A DNA stretch of 64,000 bases, from the NCBI GenBank assembly GCA_040954595.2, contig CM082597.2, positions 1,036,886 through 1,100,885 of the forward strand, read 5' to 3'. The stretch's first letter is position 1; every line of letters begins with the position of its first letter. Shown here piece by piece: positions 13,940 through 28,532 of this stretch. The translations under genes were made by a program, and so were the position numbers. Source of the DNA: Balanoglossus misakiensis (Eukaryota > Animalia > Hemichordata). Below the pieces are notes generated by a model. That model had not been told where the DNA came from. It worked only from the letters and a program-made list of their open reading frames with translations, and made no database searches.

Positions 13940-13983
13940 CACTTGTAGATAAGATAGGCAATCACGATGGCAAAAACCCACAT
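13940..13983 (-). CDS. Alternative first coding exon encoding a hydrophobic signal-anchor N-terminus (MWVFAIVIAYLIYKW)
   Basis: ATG + 14 codons + TG|gtgagt consensus donor; phase 2 joins exon 65-204 in frame as TGG. Confidence 0.7.
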
Positions 13984-16900
13984 GATGATTGTTATTGATT
14001 CGCAATAAAAAGACCTGGTAGCGTGGTGCAGATGGTAACGCAATTACTGCCCCTGTGATGGCAATCTTTAACACTTGGTCACAAACTAAACCTCAGTGAC
14101 TTCGCAGTCGTTGTTGTATGATTTCCCCAAAAAGATAAATCCCGGCTTAGATTTGCTGATTACAAAACTGCAAGTCAACTCCTTGCTTTTAACGATGATG
14201 TATGGTTTATTTAACGGGACAAACTCGGCTGCGGGAATTAATTGATGTATGCCGGATGAGTCAGGATTATCCTGCTGTATGTCCATTTGTCAATATCGGA
14301 ATATTCCTGTGGTCTTGTAGATTGATGGATGGATGGCAAAGGCAGGGTGAAGTGGGCGGAGTCTGCAACCACTTAAGAAAGACCCAGTTTCAAGAGACTC
14401 TGACATACATAAACTATGAAAGCTCACTTTATCTGTCAGAGAGTGGAGGGCTGTGGTCTCTACCAACGTCTTGAAGATATTACCTGCCAGTTCCGTTCAG
14501 ATTCAAACGAAAAGTCCACAATTCTGTACTTGCAGAAACTCCTTCATTCAAAAATGTGCTGGAAAGAGCAAGTCTCACCAATCAAACTCCGACAGTTAGA
14601 GACATACACGCATGTTGAAAGAATATCGATATCCACGATTTTGCAGGAAAAAACTTTCAGAGGTTGGAACTGAATAAATTCCATGTGAAAAAAACGGCTC
14701 TTAATTCATTCGGATATTCCGGCATCCACACTTCCAGGCTGTGTGTGTTCTAGTGACGGAAGCAGGCATTTGCCAGCACGGAAAATACAGCTGTGAGTGA
14801 AGTACAGGGAATGTACAGGCAGCCGGAAATCCACAACCACCAGGAAGTCGGTCTGTACTTCAGTGAAACACAAATACAAATCAGACCAGGCCGGCTGAAG
14901 ATGGCTTGTCACTGACAACCTGCAGAGTGCCTCTCACGTAAAAGCTGATCCTGTAGAAACTTTTTCTTTTTCTTCAAGACTGAGTATTGGACGCAGCAAA
15001 GCAGTACAGAGCTGAGCGGTAGACGCAATGTTGAGGACCAGACCGCACCAAGCCTTGTGGGTACAATACATGTACAAAACTACCAATACATCGACTTCTC
15101 AGATGATCACTTCGCAGGACAGTCACATACTAATATCCCCTCTAGTTCTCTCCGTTGCCACGGCGCTCGCTATCCCCGATATCAAGTTCATCTCATTATA
15201 TCCAGCGCATACACCTAGTAACCTATGCATGCTCACCACAGCGTACACTACTATCTGTACGCTGGTTGGAGTTGACTACTGCGCGAGTCGGGGTAGCGTG
15301 GATTGAAAAGGAGGGTTGGCTTCCGATAGCTCCAGAGAAGACAAGCTGTTTCACACGGGACTGACAAGCCTTGAATTCATAGATTTCTATCTCTCTCAGC
15401 ACAAAAATCATTCATCTTTTATCAATCTTTCCAGTTTTCCCTTCATATAAACCAAATTTCCCGAACTTAAAGACAAAACAGTGCACTGAGCATTTCACGT
15501 ACTCCACGCTAGATGGAGCCAGCCTTCACAGACACCCTCTACTATTAAACCTTCACAAACCTCTCCCACAGTGGGATGACCCACTACTATTAAATTACTT
15601 GAGAGCTATAACTGGATATAAAGATAGGGATCAGCAAATACAGAAAAAATACTGCAAAAAAAATTTGAATTGGAGCTATTCGCTGATAACTCAAACTAAC
15701 AAGTATCTGTGATTGTCGCAATGCATTTTTAACTTATCTCTTCACCACATATTTTCTAAACTACTGCCTTCAAAAATCACTCAATTATCATTATTTTTCA
15801 TTTTTTACAATTCATTTACTGACTGTTCTGACATTCATATTTAAAATTCCAAATGTTGCAATTTTCATTCCAGTCTTGATTAATTTCTATGATACAGATA
15901 ATTTTTATTCACATACTGATATGCTGATAATGAAATATTCTAGATGTTTGCAATGTGTAATATAATATTCTCAATATCATGGCTAATATTGGCATGTTCT
16001 ACACTGTTTGTTGCGACTTTTGATCAGAGACATTCATTAAAACTTAAAAATGTACAAGTTCCACACAATCAATTTTTTACGGCTATGCTCCCAGCACACA
16101 GCACATTCCTAGCGGTCAATAAAAATGTAAATTTCCCAACTAATCAGTCAAAACCAAACATGACACGCCTTCAATCTCACCTTTTGATATTTACCCTTTG
16201 CTCAAGTAGAGAATAAAGTATTTAATGACCAGGACATCAAATTGGCAGTCTTTATTCTGAAATTCAACTTGAGGCTCACATTTCCCTTGTGGCTGTTTTA
16301 TAAGCAATCTATTTCCCATTCACAGACAGACTTGTAAACTTGATCATTGGGGTAGCCATTGAATTCACATTAAACGCAGTCTTCAATTCAAATACAATGA
16401 TTGCTTTTCATAATTTCAAGACTGGAACAGCAGAGAATACCATACACGGACACGCTCCTCTTTGCATGTAATGTTACAAACCTTCGTTCATATACAGTGA
16501 AAATAAAATTACTACAAATATACATTTTGAACATTGGTATAAACTGCTTTACTATCACAATACTTCACACCAGCTGTTATAAATTTAGAGAGATACTCTT
16601 TTATGTAACAGCTGTCAAATTAAAAGATCCATTAGCTCTAACTTTTGGATATTCCTTCAGTACTTTAGTTTTGCATGTTAACTACAATTTCTTGTTCTAT
16701 TCAGTATTCTCTTACTTTGCTTCAGTGCAGAATAAGTGATAAACATAAACATGGAAAAGGGCCAAAAAGTACACAGCTGTAAGGTTTCAGGACTACAATC
16801 TTTCTGAGTGGTGGGGATTTTCAATCGGAGCCAAAATCTCATTTCCTCTATTCTCAATCTCACATCAGAAGCCAATCTGCCCAGCCGTATTATCTGAGAC

Positions 16901-19585
16901 CTACAACAATCAATCAATCAACACGAATAATCTTCTCTTGATGCCGTAACCCTGTCTCTGAGGAAACAGGAATTTGATTTTGGTGTCTCCATCCACATTT
17001 TAATTACAAGAAAGCACATGAACAAAGTGGCTACGGACTCTCATCAAACCCTGTGGTAACCACAACCATTTTTCTTCATGTAAACATCCAGATTAAATCC
17101 CACAAAGGCATAGACACACTGTTCCATCCATGATGGCATCAACAGAGGCAATATGTCCCCCTTTGCCAAAATATTTGAGGGGGATTCACCAACAAATGAC
17201 TTAGATCTATACAGGTCTTCTTTACAATTACAAGCTATATTACAGATATAAGCAGAACAATAATGCTAAAAGATGAATTAAAATAGCCACCATCAGGGAA
17301 TAGTAATGATCAGTAAAATCCCCCGTAGACCAACTTCTGCATTCGTACTTTCTGGAAACATTGACACGATTTGGCGGCTGCTTTGTGTGGCTTATTCTAA
17401 GACCACACCGAACAGTGAAATGAATCTCTTATAAAGTTAAAGCAGTAATACGGATTATGTGCAGTCAATCAAAAATGTTTGAGAATATGAAATCGGGAAT
17501 TGACCTAAATTCTGAAATAATGACCAGATAAGAACTCGGGTGAATAAAAACATGCTAAGTAACAATCACTACTTTTATCAGTAACATATAATTCTGAGTA
17601 ATTGCAGTAGGATCAGCCAACTCAGGCGTCCAGTTCAATTTCAAGTATTCGTAAGATTAAGAAAATTTGCGTTACGTCCGTTTCTTGGAAATGAAAAGTG
17701 ATAGAGATCACGGTCATGAAGAATGTCTTTGGTCATTAAAGGCACTGATGCCCTACTTGTTTTGACACATGATGGCAATGCTGTATTTTTTCTAAGTCTC
17801 CAAAAGAACATTGCCCGGTTGATGTGGGACATATGCCAGGATAATGATCCGTTTAATTAAAGGAAATCGCAGAGTGAATTTCAAATACACCCACTGGTGA
17901 GAAAATGTGGCTTCCTTCCCACAAGTTGCTGCGTATGTACTGAATGCACCAGGGGAGATAACAAGCAATTTGACCTTGACAAGGTGACCTGACGAGAAGT
18001 TCTGGAATGTGCGTCATTGAGCAACGCTGGTCTATAGAGGGCGCTGTTTATAGCGTGCATTTCACGTTGGTTTCGCCATAGACTGTCCGATGGAATCTCT
18101 CAGAATCTTTTTTGCTAATCATACAATGTATTCTGTGATGCAATAAGATTTAGAATTACTACAGGGTATTCAATGCCATGTGCCGTATGATGTCAATTGC
18201 AATGTAGTAGATTTCGGTCACTCAACCTGTGATAATTTGGGAAAGTTTTTCATGCGACCTTTACCTCTGTAACTAGAGTCAATGACACTGCCATACACTT
18301 GATAGAAATCAGTGTTTGCATTCAGGCAAGTTTGTGGTCAGTTCGATTGGCCAAAACTGTCCACTTCAATTGGCCAAAACTGCCCACTTTGATTGATCTA
18401 TCCTTTACTTCTCTTTTGGCTGAAAGGTGGTACTCTTTCACAGCGAACTTATAGTCTCTCATACTGCAGTCCCTGACCATGGTAACTGAAACCTGACATT
18501 GAAATACTAGGTGGCACCTACATGTATACAGTGTAGAGTAACATTTCTTTCATGCACGATTTACAGGTCAGTCAAAAGAGGCTTAAATGCAGTGTATCTA
18601 CAGCGCTTAACCACACATGAACAGATGATGTAGCCAAAACTGACAGTAACATAACAACATTAAATGAACTGGAAATTGATCAACATCATCATCAAGTTTA
18701 TGGTAATAAACACTGATTGCCTGCATGGCCAGCTGTTGATGAAAACATCACCTGTGTCCATGACATTGACTGATATACGGTTCATTGGGCCAAGGTCATC
18801 GAAATTTCACTGCAATTCATATCACGGCACATTACTTCCATCTCATTCACATCACCATGGAAATGATATATCTGATTATCCTCCTTAATTGTATTCTAAC
18901 CAAGGAATGTCAGTATACACTACATGTATGCAGTGCACATATACAAGTAACAGATTCCTATCTTGTCATTATCTCTGAGTTTCCAAAGTAGTCTTTTATT
19001 CTCATTTTCAGGGAACTTTCCACAATTACACCACATGCAGCTAGACAATTTGGGAAGGTCGAATAAACCAGTCTCCCATTTACTCCAATTATTGAGCCCA
19101 GCATTTCCCTGGGACTCAAAACCAGACATTCCCCACAGAATGATTATAAGGTTCTGATCCAACACCCTAGAGAAATACCTGCATGCGGAATTACCAACAA
19201 AATCATTCTCTCAAACTGTTTGCACTCCAAGATGAGATTTAGAGACTGATATTTGCCATCCAATCTATCTGACAGACCAGTGTATTGACTGAGTCTGTAT
19301 TTCATAAGTTCATTACAAAGTCTGAGAGGACTGGTGGCACTTTTTATTTAAACTATCATTTCAACTGGCTTTCAGTTCCCATGGTAACAGACTGTGGGTA
19401 AACAAGCCTATTGAGGATTCCGTTCCAGCTGTGATGTCATTTGCACTGTAATTTCATACATGTAAGAGTAAGGTTACAATGCAGTACCAGTAACACTTGT
19501 TTACTTAGCATACAGTTTACATCTCCAAGAGAAATTAAAAGTTTTCCAACTGATACATATGTCGCTTTAGGTTAGACCAAGATCT

Positions 19586-19710
19586 GGCCTTTATAGACAG
19601 GTGGCCTTTATATACAGGTCAATTAATGTATGTGTTAATTGCACAGGGACTGAAACAATGTGGTCACTATATACAGGTGACCACTCTATAGAGGTGACCA
19701 AAATACTGTA
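19586..19710. mobile_element. Partial pogo/Tigger-like MITE (right end)
   Basis: Subrepeats tatagacaggtggcc / tatacaggtgacc / tatagaggtgacc ending in ..ACTG|TA; resembles the 8122 element. Confidence 0.45.
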
Positions 19711-22700
19711 GCTGAAACATTTTTTCAACTGACATGCAACTACTTTTGTCGCTGAACAATTCTTTTCACAGACAGGCAACTAAACTAAAACATTGTTGGG
19801 CACTGTTGCAAGTGGTATATGTGACACATTCAGACAGACACTTCTGTTTTTGATAGTAGAAAAAAACTTCCCCTTTTTTCACCACAATTCAACATCTAAC
19901 CCGAGCCAGGTGTACGCCTTCACAGAAAGTAATTTCCTTTTATTGCTTTCAGGCACCAAATATCATGAGATGCAACCTAATCTCACTGAGACATGAAAAG
20001 CCCACTGTAACCAGACCACAGGCTCCATTCACTGTGTTTTCACTAAAGAAGGCTGTTTTCTCTGTACCGTGTATATTTACACAAAGCTGACTTGTTCGAC
20101 CTTTCAGAGTCCAAGATAAATACTCATTCCGGGGACAAAAAACGGTGAATACTGTGGAGTAACACTATCAGACTCTCTCGTCGTCTGAGTCTTGAATCAC
20201 ATGGATGTGATTTCTGATTTGAATGTGCATAGAAATAGGGACTTGAAGAGTAAAGATACACTTTGCTAAAGTCCAAAACTCTGCTACTTTCACTTCGGTC
20301 AACATAACCTCTGTGACCCTTCTAAGGATATCACAAGACCCTTGAGTATACACACATAGCATTTTCTCCTGCTAACTCTATTCAGTACATTTTCTGGCAA
20401 AGAAAGCAACTCTTGCCGTTTTCCATATTGGTCACCTCTCTATCAAAGCAAAAAACGGGAAAATAAAATGAAACCACTTAATTTCAAGTTTCATGGAAAA
20501 TGGAAAGTAGTCTACAGAATGAGGTATACATTCAACTGTCAGATATCAATGAAGACCATCACAAAATAGATTAAAATAAGTGTGTAATGTTGATGGTATA
20601 ATACGAGAGAACGCGACAACGCAAATTCACTCAAGGTTACAACAGCAAGCGCCCTCTCGTGGCAACTCGCTCAACAAGACTACCCAAACCTCAAGATCTC
20701 ATGGCGGTGTGCTTACATGTGTTGGAAAAACAGAGGAAACATTGTTAAATCTACCATCAGTTTGAGTTTACTTTTATTTATATACAAAGTACAGCTTTCA
20801 TGCACCCACAGTGTCATTAGATACCCTTGTCATTTTACTTTGCTTACTCTTAGTTACATATACTCCAGCCGACAAAACCTGTCCAGTCTGCACCTCATAC
20901 AGGTATCAGACAAGAAAACTCACATGAAGAGATAAAAATAACAATTCAAGTTGACAATGGCTTCAAAGTACAAGGGCCTCCATGGGATGACTACATGTTT
21001 CTAATAATAACATGACCTGCCTGCATTATGACAATACACACCCAGACCCCCAACTGCTTTCCACAAGGTTAGATATACATACACACAGTGTGTGTGTACA
21101 TCTATGGGTAATGAAGCCTTCATAGGCATTAAACAAATACTTGTTTTGATGGGCAGGACTAATTGATGAGATTACCGAGCAATTAGTGGATAACACCAGT
21201 CAAGGCAGAATGCAATGTTACATCTCAGAAGTGTGCCCTTTACATGATGTATGCCAATATGACTGACCACTGATACCACGAGAAAATTACCCATGTTACA
21301 TGTTAAAGTACAAAGCTGACACTAAAATTTCTGCAAATCGTCAAATTGACTCAGAGCTGTTAAAAGTCACTCTTGTTAGAAGACGCACTGCATCTCAGAC
21401 ATTAACCAAATAACCGCACCCATCCCAAAAGATTGAAAGACAGTCAAGGAGGGCATTCTGTAGAGGACAGAATCTGCGATTAACTGCCTGCTCTGTAGAC
21501 AGCTGATCAGAGTCCATCTTTTATGTCTAACACAGAATTTATTTATTCATCACAGACGAACATGCCCACGTCACCACTGATAAATACACAAATCAAGACC
21601 ATTCTCAACGCTGGAAACGGCCAGTGACTCCCATCCCCTGGTTTCTGTCCCAAAACGCACCCCAAGGCTCGATAACTCCATAACACGCCTCCGCATATTG
21701 TCCCCACATAAACACATCCACCCACAACCCAGTCTTGCGGAAACTTAGCAGGGGACTTGCCCAAGCGGATTTGTAAACATCATTCTCAAATGTTCATTAC
21801 CAATAGTTTATGTGTGTTTTTGCATTGTAGTACTAGTAGCACTGTCCTGTGTAGGTGTAAGTTTTAAGCCAGTACAGAGTAATATAGTGTGGTGCCAATA
21901 TCAACAGACTCTCCCTCACAGTTTGGTGGTCAGACTCAGAGGCCTGATTTGGAATAAACAGAGTCGTACAACATGAAGTCACAATGTCAATGCTTTTGTG
22001 GTTTCATCGCAACCACGAAACACTTGACCATATTGACACTGTTCTCGGTTGTCTGTGGCTACAAACTGTATCGCTACCATGCCAACACTCAAGGGAAACA
22101 TTACACAAGCCAGTCTTCAAGACTTGTCAATACACACAAGTGAACACCTGTATCTGTTGACACACACTTGCAGTTTGATTGACCGAATGAATTTACAGTC
22201 GCCAATTACAGTCAGTCATGAATTCATACATTTCAATCCTCTCATAAAATACAGCTGTTGACATACATGGACACATGCTGCATACATACCACACTAGACC
22301 AGACAGTCTTTCCCAGAATGAATTTCAAAACAAAGTTAATAGTTTTCCAATTAAAAACTTTACTGAAACTGATGGCATACAACTGAGTGTAGAAACCTAC
22401 AGACAGCTGATATCCATACCACCTCATATTTGATGCACTGCCCTGACTGGGTAAACACTGCACAAGAACAGGGAGTTTTGTTTCTGGAAAAATGAAACTA
22501 AATATATCTCTGGAAAAACCCACACACACAGACAGACAAATCACTGATAAAATGACGGGGTTACACTCCGGTTACAAGTGAAAAGTAGTATTTTCCAATT
22601 TCCTTGGTCGACAATCTCATTTCCAGGTCAATATACGAGAACAGGAACGGTCGATGTGCAAATAACAGATATGCTCCCCTGTGAAATACACCCACTGGCT

Positions 22701-23537
22701 GTTCAGGAAACAAGATCATAAAATGTCTCCCTGTAATACAAGGATCTAGTAAACACACTTTTGATCTCAACTCCATGGCATGCATTTAATTCAATTGTGA
22801 ACAAAACACGCACTAAATGACATATACAACCCAGCGGCATGTGACTCGCATGTCCAAATCTGACCTCTGACCTCTCTGGACCCCTTCATTCCCCATCGCA
22901 AACATCTCAACGCTCGCTATGTCAGATTAACAACATCTATCCTGTACTTGACCCTTATTTCAATAATCGATGAGGTCCTGTAAATCGCAAATGCAGCCAT
23001 CATGTGGTTTTAATTCAATTCAGACGTACATGTGCACAGTCTGTTTACTGGCAACTTGAATCATCAAAACTGAAGACTTCACAAAACACTTGTCTGGTAT
23101 CTGGCTGTGTTTTTTCCACTTTGCTTCCAAAACTGTCAGTTATAGAAGCAAAAATGATAAAACACGCTAGATACTAGACTAACCAAACACAAACGATGAG
23201 ATGAGATGTTGCTGGCTTCTTGAATAAGACAGGAACGGAAGTCAGCAGAGTAGTGGTCATAAAATTGACCCTTTATTAGCCGAGGTCCATGGGGGCAACT
23301 CTCGTCAAATTTTGTTACCCTGGTACTTCTGCTTCTGGGTTTGACATGAAATCCAGTCGCCGGGTGATACAAGGAAAAACTAATCAAGCAATTAAACCAG
23401 GGCGTAGTTGTTACTCGATCGAGGTCTGATCTGCTCAATGACTTCCAGGTGTCTTGTCCTCATTTCTAGACACAAACAAGAAAATCGGCTTTTCTATGAT
23501 CCGATTTTCTGATACGCCCACAAACGACAAGACTCAC

Positions 23538-23593
23538 CAGAGGCAATGTCTAGGACACGATGAAGGGACTTGGTGTCTGCTGTCTGGAGACAT
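23538..23593 (-). CDS. Alternative first coding exon (MSPDSRHQVPSSCPRHCLW)
   Basis: ATG + 18 codons + TG|gtgagt consensus donor; phase 2; CpG-rich flanks. Confidence 0.55.
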
Positions 23594-24215
23594 CCAAGGA
23601 GATCAGATTTCCGGCCTCACTGGCCAGATCTGAATGTCAAGGTCGATGCCAAATTCAATACACAGGGTCTGTGCTCACGCAAACTCCCTATTCAGTAAGA
23701 TCCCATTATAAACGGCACGCGTCAATCCAGAAAACAAAACCTGTTTGTTGTGTTTGTGTCCCAATCAAAACAGAGTTCAACACTCCACAAAGTATAACTT
23801 TCAATGCTGTGTGAAGGCCTTACAACTGTGAAGTGTACATCTGGATAAAAATTTTCTAAACTTCTTTTCTCTTCAACTGGATAAATGTGTACATTATCAT
23901 TACATCATGGATGTCAATAATAATTACACATATATATACATGTATGTATACACAGATTTCCCAGCTTTTAACTCAAGAAGGTGTGTCACTTTTTATTTCT
24001 GTGAACTCAAAAATTAAGGTCAATATTTTGTGGGTAATTTTCACTGGTACATGTACACCAAAGAGCTTCAAATAGACGTACAGTAACCATATTACATTCC
24101 ATCTGACTTCGTCACAGAGAAAACACACTGCCAGCACTTTCAACAGTTATTTTTATTACAGTTTACCACAAGGACTTTTGTTCTGTTCTTCTGACATGTC
24201 CACCAGACAGGTAAC

Positions 24216-24263
24216 CTAGTATCCAGCCGTGTTTTGTCCGGACAAAACATGGCTAGTTACTAG
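24216..24263. repeat. Imperfect palindrome / collapsed MITE (half copy at ~7603-7631)
   Basis: ctagtatccagccgtgttttgtcc|ggacaaaacatggctagttactag, with a near-perfect 14-bp stem centred on TCCGGA. The related arm tagtctagtatctagccgtattttgtccg is at 7603. Confidence 0.6.
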
Positions 24264-25837
24264 ACTAGTGGACAGGTGGGTGGACCTACATATATGTTGA
24301 TAAGATGGAACGTCAGATATATGTCACAAGATACTTATTTGGTTCACATTAACAGGAAGTACAAAAATGTAGGTTGACTCATAGCTCGGCACAGCCATAA
24401 ATCAAACCAGTTATAAATTCACCCAACATTTCCACCATACATGAATTCCACTGCCCAGTTATCCCTCGCTTGACTTATTTCTTGACTTCTCTTCTTGTCA
24501 TTACATGAGATCATGAGGATACAATTCTCAAACTGAAACTCAAGAGGCAGTAACCAAGAACACGCTTGCTAACACTACAGATCTACAGTTGATATTAGCT
24601 GAAATGGCGGGAATCTGTGTGATAATATACCATGCAACCACATGGAGTTTGGACGAGATTTTCACATTCAAGTTTAACAGTTGGTTTGGTTAAAACTTTG
24701 GACATAGGGTGACACAAACAGTCCACTGCACCCGATCACGAATACCAAGACGGTACTACGGTAACCAGGGTTTAGAGTATACACACCAGTATACAAATTT
24801 CAAGCGGTATAGTTGTTGACGAAACAAGATGCACACAAAATCACTCAGAATCAGAATGATCAGAATACAACCACCTACCACGAGAGTCTCCACATTTCAG
24901 TTTCTGCTTCCACATCCTTTCAATCAACTCTACCCATTTTTGGCCAACTATGGTGGAATCTTATGAAAACCACGTCCTTACAAACGTGAATTCCTGCCGT
25001 CAAATTTCTAGTTCGTATTTCCCCATAACACCACTAACAGGCAAATAAACCAAGCTTTTAATTGCGTTACACCTAGCTCTGTAAACACACTGCAATAAAT
25101 TCACTAGCAAAGTATCCCGTATATAGATGTAAGTGTTTATTTTCAGCCTTGGTGTAACACTGAGTTATGATTTCATTCCAAGAAGCCAAGTGCAACATAC
25201 TTCAACCTATGCACTGTGCCCTTTGGCCAATCTGAAAACGGTGACCTGCTTCTGAACAAATATCTAAATATTATGAATTATGAAAATATGTCATAAGAGA
25301 AGCATATGGAAAAAGTCTCGTCATATGTTGGTAGGGCTGAATGATAATTGATTGTTTCTTATCAAATCCATATTGCTCATAAAAACCATGAACATTTGAT
25401 TTTGAACTTTACTATAGCTGTTCTTTGTTCATATGGAAGGGAAGTTTTGGCGGTATCCTCGATACTCCCTTTATCTTGTTTGTCACAGATTCCGTGACCT
25501 GAAATGAGGTCATCAACCACCAATGCTGGCCAGGAAATTCTTATGTAAATAAATGCTTTCAGATGACTGAATAGGTGTCCTATTACACTATGACTCACTC
25601 AACAAACAGAGACAGCAGGAAAATTCAAAATCCATACTTTTGGCATATTTTTTCTCATGTTGTGATTGTTCTTGAATCAACATTATATGCTTATGAGGTG
25701 TAACAAGCACATTGACAATAAGGTGCTTCTGGAGTTAACCCAAACTGGTCTAGAGTTAGCTCAGTGTTAGAACATTATGTGTACTGTGTAACATATGTGG
25801 TGTAAAGGTTTGGACAGATCATAAACAAGCAGGAACT

Positions 25838-25921
25838 TGACCCATTCACCAACATGGTATGGTCCAAATCCACTCTTTTACGGTAAGGTTGGACCACTAC
25901 GGAGGTAAATGGGGATGAAAG
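25838..25921. mobile_element. Degenerate copy of ~90-bp TTAA-flanked (piggyBac-like) MITE
   Basis: Shares cacc..atggt.tggtccaaa and ggtaaggttggacc with the 26305 copy. Confidence 0.5.
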
Positions 25922-26304
25922 TACATACAAAAACAAATTGTGGTTATAATCCAGTCAGGATTGAACACATGTCGCTGGGTGGACATGCTTGAACCTCATA
26001 CTGTACATGTATTTTCGACTGAACCATCAACACAAAGAGATATCCATGACCAGCCGTGACCTCAACTTCTCACTAAGTGTCACCAAATACCAACACATCA
26101 GCCAACAATTGGCCAACACACAGAAGAGATTCATACACACCCTGCATATGTCATTCAGTCAAGCTGAACACTGACTTTTGAAAACACCCAACGAATACAC
26201 CCTAACTGAAAGTCCAGAGTTAAGCTTGCAAGATTTCAAGCACAATACCACAAAAATGTCACAGTGGGGAACTTCATGTTAGCCATCTGCGGGCCAGTAT
26301 AGTT

Positions 26305-26396
26305 TTAACCTGTTTACCACCACGGTTTGGTCCAAACCCACTGTTTTCTATGGTAAGGTTGGACCTCTATTCAGGGAAATAGGGGTGGAAGGGTTA
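26305..26396. mobile_element. ~90-bp TTAA-flanked (piggyBac-like) MITE
   Basis: ttaa-cc.. ..aaggg-tta ends, with an internal core shared with the copies at 25838, 28442 and 47270. Confidence 0.6.
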
Positions 26397-28437
26397 TCAA
26401 TATCATAAAGGAAGACCAGCACCAAATATTGGACGCACTGCATATTTCATGAAGCATACTGGCAGTACAGAATTAATGTCTGAAGTCTGAATACAATTTT
26501 CTGTAACTGATGAAGCGCTTGTATAAACTGAAAACTATTTTTAGATTATTTAATGGAGCACATTTATCTACGCATGTCTTAATTTCCCCTATATCAACTT
26601 CAACGATGGTAATTGACAGGCCAACATTCCACAAAACTTCCACTGATAGCAGCTTAGCAAAAGCGCATGTAAAAATATTTTATCAGAATAAAAAATGTGA
26701 GAAGACATCAGATGAAGTGCCTGGCTCCCTTTCCAAACATTTAAATTAATAAAAATGCAAAAAGACACTTTAAAAGATGAAAATCATTTTTACGACTAAA
26801 TGAATGCATGTATATAACCAGCTGACAATAATTTGAGGGGTTGACAGTTGATACAAATTTTAAGAGAAAACATCAAAATCATTTCATCAATTTGCAAACT
26901 GAATGGAGATGAATTGTGACTACATATTCTTTTGAGAAAATAAGACAAGTTGATGAGCAATGAGTCTGAAAATTCAATTTTATAACGTAAGGACATGCGC
27001 CCAACCCACATTTTCTGAATGGCCAAATTAACCACAAAGCAGTTACAGTTACACTGGTTGAGTAATGAAAGCCCACTAAATTGAAAATAGCAGACGGCTG
27101 TATGAATTTTAATGTGTGTTTATGATACGTGCGTCATTTCATGTTTCTGCTTTATGGCCATGCTTCGACAAACTATTAGAAGCAGAATTGTGATTATTCT
27201 ACTATGACCTCTAGCGTTTATCATCCAATCAGCAACCTTTTCATATAACGTGTTCTACTTCTACTGGCCAGGAGTGTGAGAAATGACTTTGCCTCAGATG
27301 CCACACTTCCCAGCATCTTCAAGAACTTTCACAAGTAGTGTAGAAGTCCTTGGTTTTCATATGTAAATTGGGTTGAGGATGGACGGCTGGCCTTGTCAGT
27401 GTTGAGAACCTGTCAAGTCTCACAACAGTTTCGACAAATGCACTAAACAGTTGACAGAGAAAGTGAGAACTCTGAATAAATCCTCCAAGAAATCTTTCAA
27501 AGAGTGATCCCAAAATATCAGCTAAATATATCATTTCATTTTAACTACAGTTAGTCTTATATGGAACTGGTTAATCACTTCCAATAAATATGGTTGCCGT
27601 CTATACACAATGTACATGTACAACACAGGAATTTCAACCAACGCTGGCCAAAACACTCATTTATTTTCTGTCATATTTTAACATGCGCCCACGTAAAACC
27701 ACGTTTGGTTGAATAAATATCAAGCAGGTGATACAATATTTCATTTTTATACAAATATTACGAGCAACATTTACACAAGCATGTTACTGTAACACACTGA
27801 TCGTATGTAAACATGTTCAAAGGTGAGGACCCTTCCATTCAAAAGGGCCTTGGGTTTTATACATTGTTGTATCAAAAAAGTCTTACGCAAAGACTAACAT
27901 AGAATACACGACTCTTTCATAGCCTGGTATCAGCATATTCATTGTACATGTTCTGTTTTGTCTGAGAATATTGATGGACCGCGGTCTGGAGTGTCTTTAC
28001 AATGTCTGGTTGTGCCAATTGAGAAAAGACTTCATTCAAGCTTCCTAGGCTAGGCACACACACACGCACGCATGCATGCACGCATTAATATTTATGTACT
28101 TTATTGACACAGCACACAAATAAAGTCTCTGTCCCTAATGGATTGTCATTTTGGGTTCACTGAATACAAACCACAACACAAGGATACCGGACTTGTGGTA
28201 AACAGAAAGAAGAAATCAACAAAAACAAACTCTATTTCATGATTTTGTTTTACTTCTCAGCTGTTCAGTATCACAAACTGTTAAACCTCAATGATCAAAA
28301 GACCTTCAAATCGATATCAAAACAGCAACTATGAAAATTGTTATTCAGACAATCCTTCGCAAAGTCTTACGAGTATTATCGGTTTACTTTTCTCCATTTA
28401 GAACAAACTCAACAGAGCATGACTCTAATTACTGCCC

Positions 28438-28532
28438 TTAACCCTTTCACCCCTAATTCTATGAATATAGGTCCACCCATACCACTAAATACAGCTGGGG
28501 GTCAAACCATATTGAAGTGATCAAAGGGTTAA
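28438..28532. mobile_element. piggyBac-like MITE with TTAA target duplication
   Basis: TTAA|CCCTTTCACC ... GATCAAAGGG|TTAA; oriented opposite to the 26305 copy. Confidence 0.7.

Noticed and set aside
9291-25660. Other minus-strand consensus donors (9291-9296, 15232-15236, 25593-25598) as additional first coding exons
   Set aside because: No ATG-started open frame in phase 2; they could only be non-coding exons or chance matches.
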